IMG/VR virus record: IMGVR_UViG_3300005663_000054
Location: 1 to 54,336 of that record
DNA: 54,336 nt
Source: a virus
Taxonomy: Duplodnaviria > Caudoviricetes
Reading direction: 5' to 3' (one strand)
How positions within the stretch are numbered: position 1 is the stretch's first letter; every line of letters begins with the position of its first letter. The notes beneath the pieces were generated by a model, which worked only from the letters and a program-made list of their open reading frames with translations, was not told the DNA's origin and made no database searches. Made by a program: the position numbers and the translations under genes. Below, piece after piece: positions 47,157-54,336 of this stretch.

Positions 47157-47185
47157 ATTATAGGCCCTCACCAGGCCCAAGTCAA
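47157..47185 (-). promoter_or_regulatory. Sigma70-type promoter for ejection-protein genes
   Basis: TTGACT-17-TATAAT; an 11-mer copy lies 2 nt upstream of the -35. Confidence 0.75.
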
Positions 47186-47198
47186 GTCTCTCCCGGCT

Positions 47199-50027
47199 TT
47201 AAGATTGTCGGCTCTGGGCCTCAGATGGTCCCAGTATACCATGTATCAATACAGCCTGTAGCTCAAAGTCTAAATTCCCACCAAGAAATCTCAAGCTGGG
47301 GTACACACGTACATCATGGGCAATCACTTTCGCTACACATTGGTCAGGAATGATATTGATCCCCGTCTCCACTTCCAACAATCGTTGGCGGTTTCTCCAC
47401 ACACCAAACCGAATGAATGCGTTGGTATCGGTTGTATCGGTCTCACCTCCCAGGTCCGAGAACGCTGCCGACATTGACACGACAATCTTCCGTGAGAACG
47501 GATCAATGACACCTCTCGTATCTCCATTACCCTCCGCGTCAAGCTGCTGGAATACCAACTCGGTCACTACGGGAGCTACGGAGTATCTGGTAGCCGTAGT
47601 TGTAGCTTCAGATAGCCCAGACACAGTCACAACAGTCGCACTATTACGTGTCGTTATCTCTACCGAATCTCCTTCCATGTTCCCATTCTGTATATAGACC
47701 TGGTGTCCAACACAGTTGACCGGAAACGTAGCGGCTGTATCAATGATCTGGGTAGCTGACGCAGTCGTACACGTGCCATTAACTGTTTCAGATGCTCCTG
47801 TTCCGCACATGGACCTTTTGCCCATCTCACGGGCACCATCTATAGCATGAACTGTTCCATCCGTAAGAATGAAGTAGGCCCTCTGAGCACCATTAGTCAG
47901 TACATCATTTCCACCAGCCAGAAACGCCCACGGACAATCAACCAACCTCGTTACAGCCCCGGTTGCCTCCCAAAGAAGGAAGCACTCCTTCTTAGTAGTG
48001 TTGAGAAAAACCAGTAATCCCATAGTTGCATCGTACTGAAGATGCACTGTGCCAAGAGACTGTGCCCATTCACTATCGTCCATAATTATACGGTCCATGG
48101 CCGAGATAGACTTTATGGCCCCCGTATTTCCATCCACTGATTTAACACCAGATGGAGTAACTATAAATAACACATTGCCAACGCCAGTCGCCCCGTATCG
48201 TGAAACTCCTCCAAGCCGGGAGAGGATTCGGTTCATGGCCACAGTTGATCCGGAACGAGTAACTTTGTAGACGGACGCATTGGAAATTGCAAAGCAGTGA
48301 TCCCCCGCCACCTCAAGGGATAGAAACTTCTCTCCTGGATCATCAGGAGGGTATCTATTCTCGGGTGGAAAGTTCTCGGGTTCTAGCTTGCCAGTGTGTG
48401 AGAAGAACAGCTCCTCCGTTCTCCTATCAGCGTCGTCCCAGTCATCCTCAAGAGTACTAGGCTCAGCGATGTCTGTCACTCCGATCAGTAGTCCAGCGTA
48501 GTTGGATAGTAGTTTTGCCCGGGGCATAACACCAAAGGATTCATCAAGGGCATCAAATGGAGTCTGAGTAATCAGCCCGTCGTCGGTGTAGTAGGTTGTA
48601 TCTGGACCATTCTGGGAACTAAGGGAGCCCACAGGAGCGTGGTCGAACTTCAACTGGAGGAGAGCACTAGTTGGAGCATAGGTCTCTTTAGGGATATACT
48701 CATCTAGAAGGTAGAGGGGATTAACGAGAGTGTATTTATCTTCTCCAAGGTCACTGGCAGACCCATCCCCCTGGGACCTCCAGAACCGGAATCCGTCACA
48801 GTGTGGAATACCCCAATGCAGAATACACGTAGCGTCGATATTGTCTCCCCGGAGCTGGTTAGTTTGTCCAGATGACCCTTCCGTTGTGGGTATCTTGATC
48901 TCGTCAACAAAGAACCTAAACGCCGAGTTCGTTGTTCCAAGAGCAAACTTTGAGCGGTACCTAATGTAGGATCGTAGGTTATGCTTACGGCTTACCAGTT
49001 CAACAGCCCCGGTGTATACCCCTTTTGGCATAAACCACCCGTCGTGCCCTCCGTGTACCTGTAGGTCCATACTATCAGAGGATTCTGCTATGGTAGCAAC
49101 GGCGTGTATGGACCAAATAACATTAGTTGCTTCATACGGAGAAGTGCCCTCCATGACAACAGTATCGGCTTCATCATTAGCTGACACAACGTCTCTCTGG
49201 AAGGTAAATGTAGTATTTGCTCCTCCAATAGTACCCGAGCCACTAAACTTGATTATGTCCCCGGCTATTACAGCACTTAAATTGGGGGTGTCCCCACTAA
49301 CATCAAATGTAGCTGAAGATTCAGTCAGGGCTCCCAAGGTTCCGGAGGCCCGACTTGGGAAAGGGTCCTCATTGATTGGTGTCAAGAGAAACCGAGTGGG
49401 CATGAGACCCATAAAGCGTCCCTCGAATCCGGTACTGTTTCGATCAAAAGCATCCCAGTCGTTGATCTTCCAATCGTAGAAATAGGCCTTGTTGTATGGT
49501 GGTTCCTTCGTATTGTAGTCTGTGAGGGGCGTTGAGCTAGTTGTACCCGAACACACAAAGTAGATGTACTTACCGTTGGAGGTAATATCATACTCGGCTA
49601 GGGAGTCCAGAGTAAAGTCTGTCCAACTCTTGAAGTCCTCTAACATAACTACATCATTTGATCCATCCTCCGAGTCTCGATACGCGAAATAGATAGCCGA
49701 CCCAGTAGCGGCCTGGTTGTCTGCAATGTAGGCAATGCCCTTGAGGGTGTATCTAGTGGCCCCCTTCTGGATAGCAACGTATTTAGCATAGACAATGTTG
49801 CTGATGCTGGTAATAGTCTGACCGGCTTCTGGCTTAGGTACCCCGTGTACAGTTGAATCGGCCATACCAGGGAAGGGACGAATGGCCCCGAGGAATCTTC
49901 CATCAACTCCAGTGGACTCTACAAGCTGGGGATGTAGCACTCCGATCTGGTTCTGCTTATAATCAGCACCAGGATACTGCATCCGGTAAGTCCAGAAAGC
50001 ATTTTCATTGCCTTGTCTTTCAGGCAT
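47199..50027 (-). CDS. Tail nozzle / stabilization protein (P22 gp10 / T7 gp12-like)
   Basis: ~940 aa, beta-rich; LFFS....PENFP, G.VS....VGN.LF....GV propeller-like motifs; follows the adaptor. Confidence 0.65.
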   Translation of the reverse strand: MPERQGNENAFWTYRMQYPGADYKQNQIGVLHPQLVESTGVDGRFLGAIRPFPGMADSTVHGVPKPEAGQTITSISNIVYAKYVAIQKGATRYTLKGIAYIADNQAATGSAIYFAYRDSEDGSNDVVMLEDFKSWTDFTLDSLAEYDITSNGKYIYFVCSGTTSSTPLTDYNTKEPPYNKAYFYDWKINDWDAFDRNSTGFEGRFMGLMPTRFLLTPINEDPFPSRASGTLGALTESSATFDVSGDTPNLSAVIAGDIIKFSGSGTIGGANTTFTFQRDVVSANDEADTVVMEGTSPYEATNVIWSIHAVATIAESSDSMDLQVHGGHDGWFMPKGVYTGAVELVSRKHNLRSYIRYRSKFALGTTNSAFRFFVDEIKIPTTEGSSGQTNQLRGDNIDATCILHWGIPHCDGFRFWRSQGDGSASDLGEDKYTLVNPLYLLDEYIPKETYAPTSALLQLKFDHAPVGSLSSQNGPDTTYYTDDGLITQTPFDALDESFGVMPRAKLLSNYAGLLIGVTDIAEPSTLEDDWDDADRRTEELFFSHTGKLEPENFPPENRYPPDDPGEKFLSLEVAGDHCFAISNASVYKVTRSGSTVAMNRILSRLGGVSRYGATGVGNVLFIVTPSGVKSVDGNTGAIKSISAMDRIIMDDSEWAQSLGTVHLQYDATMGLLVFLNTTKKECFLLWEATGAVTRLVDCPWAFLAGGNDVLTNGAQRAYFILTDGTVHAIDGAREMGKRSMCGTGASETVNGTCTTASATQIIDTAATFPVNCVGHQVYIQNGNMEGDSVEITTRNSATVVTVSGLSEATTTATRYSVAPVVTELVFQQLDAEGNGDTRGVIDPFSRKIVVSMSAAFSDLGGETDTTDTNAFIRFGVWRNRQRLLEVETGINIIPDQCVAKVIAHDVRVYPSLRFLGGNLDFELQAVLIHGILGPSEAQSRQS

Positions 50028-50244
50028 CGCTTCCCCCAAGTGACTTGTCGGTCGGAGATACTTCCTTGACGTTCATTAGTTCCACCAGCCGTTGATCAAA
50101 TCTACTCTCAAAAGACTTATCGTCTAAGGGGTCACTGAATAGTGCCCGAGCACCAGCCCCCTCAGAAATCTGGGTGCTTGACCCAATAAGAGTACCACGA
50201 ACCCAGTTGGGCGGTGTAGCAGTAGTCTTATTAAAGAACTTCAT
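50020..50244 (-). CDS. Hypothetical virion-module protein
   Basis: TAATG-coupled start MKFFNK. Confidence 0.5.
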   Translation of the reverse strand: MKFFNKTTATPPNWVRGTLIGSSTQISEGAGARALFSDPLDDKSFESRFDQRLVELMNVKEVSPTDKSLGGSDA

Positions 50245-52367
50245 TACACCAACCACCCGTAGTAGTCCCCCCGGGTATCGTTATCACTTGTGTCACCGAT
50301 CATGTGCCCACCAAACCGGGAACTCTTCTTGGTAATCATCTGACGCAAGGCCCTAATCTTCACCAGGTACCTACGCTCGATAGCCTGCATTCTCTTAGTC
50401 TTATTCTCATTGCCAAGAACATCCATGGCTGCCTGCATACAGGCACAGTGCTTGATGATGTTGCTGAAGGACGGGAGTACCTCGTATACGATAGTGCCGG
50501 TTGGAGTCGGGTCCCAGTCAGTAGTAAGAGTCGCTACCCGCGTGGTATTAACATATGAGTTGATAGTCCGTTCTTGAACATACCCACCGGTATCGGACAG
50601 GAGACGGCAGAGATACCCAGCATAGGCATTGGCCCGAGTATCCAATGTCCCATCTGTAACCGAGGATGGGAACGTGATGGTTCCAGCAGCAGCGGAGTCG
50701 GCCGTTGCCTTGTGCATGAAGCTTTCACCATTAGGTACATACAGAATCTCTAGCGTATCAGTGCTTCTCCAGTCGGTAAGAAGACGGAACTCGTTACCTT
50801 CAATCACGAATCCCGACTGGTGGGACGACCAATGGTTATCAGACCACACTTCATAGATCGGAATGACGGGAGCCGTAGCACTCATCTTCCTCACGGCCCA
50901 GACTTCCCCCACGTTCGGTGGTAGGATGTACGATTGTGTTCCTGACACCAAGTCTACATCAAATCGACAGATGATGTTGTGGTCCGTATTATTGTGGATT
51001 TCTGACATGATGACAGTCATTGCAGAAGTTAGCTGCTCCACCATATCGGAATCAGTATACTTTGGAACTATCCCGGGCTCGTCTGTCATTCTACGTATGA
51101 GTGTAACACAGTCAGACAGAAACCCGCTGCCTGATAGAGCGGAAGCACTGACCACAGATGGAGCAACAAGGGTATCAATTGCATCACGAATTTCCTTTAA
51201 GCTATCAGTTCCAGTAGCAAATCCCGCCCCCTCAATCAAGGCCACTCTCTCCCCTATGTACTCTAGACTATCCGTTGCTGGGTCATACGTTCCAGCGTTG
51301 GCAGGAGCCGTGGCCCCCTTGGACATGATGGCACGAAGATAAGCCTCTAGAGTATCCGGAGCGGCTGACCCAAACCCAGTGGTCAGCTTGGATAGGGACG
51401 CCAAGGCACCGGCGTCGGCTACGTAGACTTCCACAAGATCGTTGGCCTGGGGAGTGAAGCCCAGAGCCGAGTCCAGAGTGAAGGATGGGTCCGAGTCATC
51501 GTAATCCGTTACCACCCGAATGTTTACCCTGGCAGTACTCTTGTCTGTACCCCTCCAAACGGCAAGCAGAGTATCATTGTAATCGTCATCGGCTCCACCG
51601 GTAGGTGGATCGCCCGACTGTACAAAGACCTTAGTAGTTGTAGAAGACCCAGTGCTAGTTCCACTAAAGAATAGCAGTCGAGCCGTGGTCGCTGCCTCTA
51701 GAGACATCGTACCATCATCATAATCGCTGGTGTTACCGTCATTGGTCAACAGGTATGCCAGAACCGTATTGTCTGCCACCTCTGCTGTAAGGTCAGTTGC
51801 AGATGCCGTAGCCGTCTTCATCAGGTGGTCCAGGTTGAGGTCGGACAAAGCCGTGTCAGCCTCAAAGTTCACGTCCAACTTCTGCTGGGCCGTCAAAGCG
51901 ATGTTGTCACTGCTCTGGATATTCACATCGGGGGCACTTGCACTCAGAGTCACGGCGGTTCCTAGCCACGTGCCTACATCTACACGACCACTACCGTCTA
52001 TCGCGTCACTGACCACGTTATCCACCAAGGTGATTTCTTCAACCGCCGGAGCAAACCCTGTTTGAGTAACCACTAAGATAACACTCTCAACTCCTGTGGC
52101 AAAGGCAGCATCGGGCCAATCAACGCGATATAAGCCGGGAGAGGACGTGGAGTCGATCTCGATCATAATAGCCCCAGAGGCCCTCCAAGCACTATTAGTA
52201 GCAGCCAAGGCAGTAGCGTCCTCTTTGGCAGCAGGAGTCGCTCCCTGCCTTGTATACTGTAGGTCAAAGCTGGTAATGGTGGCACCGGTCTCAGGAGACC
52301 CATCGGTAGAGTCCACAACCATGATGTATCGGATAACGCTCGTAGTGTCTTTCTTGATCTCGGGCAT
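50244..52367 (-). CDS. Fibre-like N-terminus fused to a head-tail adaptor-like C-terminus
   Basis: From ~aa 418, LSDCVTLIRRMTDEP..YTDSD..LTSA..LVSGTQSYILP is adaptor-like; N-terminal ~410 aa are Thr/Ala/Asp-rich. Confidence 0.55.
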   Translation of the reverse strand: MPEIKKDTTSVIRYIMVVDSTDGSPETGATITSFDLQYTRQGATPAAKEDATALAATNSAWRASGAIMIEIDSTSSPGLYRVDWPDAAFATGVESVILVVTQTGFAPAVEEITLVDNVVSDAIDGSGRVDVGTWLGTAVTLSASAPDVNIQSSDNIALTAQQKLDVNFEADTALSDLNLDHLMKTATASATDLTAEVADNTVLAYLLTNDGNTSDYDDGTMSLEAATTARLLFFSGTSTGSSTTTKVFVQSGDPPTGGADDDYNDTLLAVWRGTDKSTARVNIRVVTDYDDSDPSFTLDSALGFTPQANDLVEVYVADAGALASLSKLTTGFGSAAPDTLEAYLRAIMSKGATAPANAGTYDPATDSLEYIGERVALIEGAGFATGTDSLKEIRDAIDTLVAPSVVSASALSGSGFLSDCVTLIRRMTDEPGIVPKYTDSDMVEQLTSAMTVIMSEIHNNTDHNIICRFDVDLVSGTQSYILPPNVGEVWAVRKMSATAPVIPIYEVWSDNHWSSHQSGFVIEGNEFRLLTDWRSTDTLEILYVPNGESFMHKATADSAAAGTITFPSSVTDGTLDTRANAYAGYLCRLLSDTGGYVQERTINSYVNTTRVATLTTDWDPTPTGTIVYEVLPSFSNIIKHCACMQAAMDVLGNENKTKRMQAIERRYLVKIRALRQMITKKSSRFGGHMIGDTSDNDTRGDYYGWLV

Positions 52368-53689
52368 TATTGCTTATTTCCCCTCTTATTCGCCATCAAG
52401 AGACCACCACCACCGGCACCCGCACCAACCTGAAGTGCCCCTATGTCAGCAGCCTGGGTACTACCCTCCGTTTCGTAGGCATCAAACCCCGCCGCACGGG
52501 CCGGACTACTAGCCCCTAAAGTGTAATCTTCACTTCCCTCGTCAGTAAATTGTGGGGCTGTGGTCACCTCTCCCGGCTCAGTACGATAACCAGTGTTTCC
52601 GTAGTCCGTAGTGTTAGCATTTAAGAGGTTGTTACGACCGATGAAACGGTGGTTGCCGTTGTTATGTCCATCTATCCCCGTGAGACAGTCATAGATGATA
52701 TTATTTATAGCGGCAAAGGGTCCCCAAGAGGCACTCGGGAACTGGATGCCCACTGTGGTGTTCTCCTCAACCCCATCAATGGTACAACCGTACACTACAC
52801 ATGGAAATCCATTAGATCCTATGAACTCGACTGCTCTAACACCAATGTTGATAAAGACACAATTTACTACCAGACCCCAGGTTATTTCAATTGCGTCGGC
52901 TATGCAATCCTCGAAAGTACAACCGAAGAACATACAACTTGTCCCCGCATCGCAGCCACCGACAACATCAAAAAATATGCATGATTCACACACCATCCCA
53001 TTACCGGACGAAGAGATCCCATCCACCGCCGCCCCGGTGAACTCACAGTTTCTCCAGTGCATAGCATTCAGAGAGATGTTGACATTGTCCCCCGTACCAT
53101 CAGTAAACTTGAGGTTCTCGAACGTGTAGTAGCCCCCTACAGAACCCAGGGAATCCGCCACACAGTTGGTACGGGTGTCGGCTGCTGCAATTGTTGCTTG
53201 CCCGTCGTCGTCAAGAGTGGTAGTGTACCCGACAAAGCGGATAGCAGAAGTGGTTGTACCCGGCGTGTCAATCGTAAGAGTTTCTGAATAGGTCTTATCG
53301 CTGCGGAGGTAAACGGTGTCACCGGCTACAACTGCGTTCATGGCCGCGTCGCCCGTAAGCAGTGCCCCCGTAGAGGAAGTAATATCCCCAGTGGCAAGGT
53401 CGCCCGCCGCGAAGTCCGACGCATTACCCACATCAAGGAGGGTAGAAGTCTCCACGAGCACTATGTTATTGGCTGTAGAGGACGCAACCTCATACAGACC
53501 TACAGTCACCCCAGTACCAGCGTCTACGTAGATGACATCCCCCGCCGAGAAGGTATATCCGTGTCCTGCCGCCTCTGAAATGGTGAAGGTAGATTCTGTC
53601 CAAATGACAGTTCCCGCCAGAGTAACCCCAATGTTATCAAGGCCGTCGTTTGCGTCGTTACCACCAGCGTCTACGAATCGGATAGCCAC
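52367..53689 (-). CDS. Right-handed beta-helix (pectin lyase-like) tailspike
   Basis: VD..GNDANDG; AGDTVY; repeated xNCxF turns; P.F....DY.L...SPA...G....DIGA. Confidence 0.75.
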   Translation of the reverse strand: MAIRFVDAGGNDANDGLDNIGVTLAGTVIWTESTFTISEAAGHGYTFSAGDVIYVDAGTGVTVGLYEVASSTANNIVLVETSTLLDVGNASDFAAGDLATGDITSSTGALLTGDAAMNAVVAGDTVYLRSDKTYSETLTIDTPGTTTSAIRFVGYTTTLDDDGQATIAAADTRTNCVADSLGSVGGYYTFENLKFTDGTGDNVNISLNAMHWRNCEFTGAAVDGISSSGNGMVCESCIFFDVVGGCDAGTSCMFFGCTFEDCIADAIEITWGLVVNCVFINIGVRAVEFIGSNGFPCVVYGCTIDGVEENTTVGIQFPSASWGPFAAINNIIYDCLTGIDGHNNGNHRFIGRNNLLNANTTDYGNTGYRTEPGEVTTAPQFTDEGSEDYTLGASSPARAAGFDAYETEGSTQAADIGALQVGAGAGGGGLLMANKRGNKQ

Positions 53690-54132
53690 TAACCAACCCT
53701 CCGAGGAGTGCCAATCTTACCCCCACTGATGGGAGTACTGTAAGCGTAGGGAATTGGTAGCTTGTCCTTGGTCTTCTTCTTCAACCAGTCCCACCTCTCC
53801 TGATCCTCCGCAATGTTCTCATTCTGCTTGCGGATGGTGTCTCTGTTCTTGGACAGGATACGCTTCTTCTTCTGCTTGAAGTCCACTGAGCCATACCCAG
53901 AAACAATCATGTTGACGAAGCCGGGAGAGACTGCCTCAAAGTTGGGACCAAGATCCTCGATCTCCTCAACGATGCGACGACCTTTGTGAACCCACAGAGC
54001 CAATATCCACTGACCCGTCTCGGCGTGCCAGAACGTCAATACATCCGGCTCACCCAGTTTACGACGAAAGAATTTAGCTGTACCCGTATCCTTAACGAGG
54101 TGGATACGAGAATTCAGGACTGTTACTGACAT
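53689..54132 (-). CDS. Hypothetical protein after the MCP
   Basis: 147 aa, GGAGG-like RBS. Confidence 0.6.
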   Translation of the reverse strand: MSVTVLNSRIHLVKDTGTAKFFRRKLGEPDVLTFWHAETGQWILALWVHKGRRIVEEIEDLGPNFEAVSPGFVNMIVSGYGSVDFKQKKKRILSKNRDTIRKQNENIAEDQERWDWLKKKTKDKLPIPYAYSTPISGGKIGTPRRVG

Positions 54133-54152
54133 TCTAATCCCTCCCCTCCCCC

Positions 54153-54204
54153 AAAAAATCGGGGCTGCCGAGCCGTACCTCGCAGCACTTCCGCTCGACA
54201 GCCC
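54153..54204 (-). terminator. Rho-independent terminator after the MCP
   Basis: GGGCTGTCGAGC/GCTCGGCAGCCC stem followed by GATTTTTT. Confidence 0.7.
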
Positions 54205-54305
54205 ACAGGAGGAGGAATCTTTCTTACTTACTCGTTACCCCGTGATTACCTGGCTCACGGGGTCAGAGGCCAAGTCCCAAGCCATGAGGCTGGGGCCAAC
54301 GCTCC

Positions 54306-54336
54306 TTACCCCAGGACTTCCGTGATGGTCCCAAGT
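54306..54336 (-). CDS. Major capsid protein, last 10 codons (...FM-K-LGTITEVLG*)
   Basis: ATG AA| at the window start joins |A CTT GGG ACC ATC ACG GAA GTC CTG GGG TAA from the window end in frame; followed by terminator-like hairpins. Confidence 0.75.
   Translation of the reverse strand, partial: LGTITEVLG

Larger units (their letters stand above)
2580..53929. repeat. Dispersed 11-mer AGCCGGGAGAG, at least 23 exact copies in both orientations
   Basis: Plus strand: 2580, 5885, 8750, 14721, 29742, 33406, 42993, 48214, 52133, 53919. Reverse complement: 6420, 9308, 13866, 18603, 24374, 24595, 27481, 29562, 34061, 34197, 37724, 47188, 52568. Confidence 0.92.

Noticed and set aside
2580-53929. 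11-mer as CRISPR repeat, Chi site or stoperator
   Set aside because: Copies are dispersed, too short for CRISPR repeats, and show no orientation bias with strand or transcription.
1-54336. Alternative genetic code or stop-codon reassignment
   Set aside because: Long core genes are intact in code 11 and TAA, TAG and TGA all end genes at sensible boundaries.
1-54336. Specific host or temperate lifestyle assignment
   Set aside because: No integrase, repressor, att site or partition genes recognised, and nothing in the sequence alone fixes a host taxon.

Overview
The window looks like a complete, circularly permuted ~54.3 kb tailed dsDNA phage genome of podovirus type. The major capsid gene runs off position 1 and finishes in frame at 54336-54306. 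Minus-strand virion and packaging modules occupy 1-10.2 kb (TerS?, TerL, portal, scaffold, LAGLIDADG endonuclease, MCP) and 38.9-54.3 kb (tailspike, adaptor, nozzle, internal/ejection proteins). A plus-strand replication/recombination module at 27.7-38.9 kb has a UDG-fused family A polymerase, ERCC4 and PD-(D/E)XK nucleases, a Sak4-like ATPase, an SSB-like protein, nucleotide-pool enzymes and GroES. An accessory/early region lies at 12.7-24 kb. No integrase, primase, RNA polymerase or endolysin was recognised by eye. Highlights: (1) a translationally coupled, phage-encoded ubiquitin-like conjugation operon (Ubl, ThiF/E1, JAB protease, candidate E2 with a C-terminal Zn finger) behind a strong promoter; (2) a non-palindromic 11-mer, AGCCGGGAGAG, with at least 23 exact copies in both orientations; (3) a promoter-driven ~130-nt tRNA-like ncRNA and a second tRNA minihelix; (4) a family of about ten TTGACT-N17-TATAnT promoters. 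All product calls come from motif reading, not database searches.
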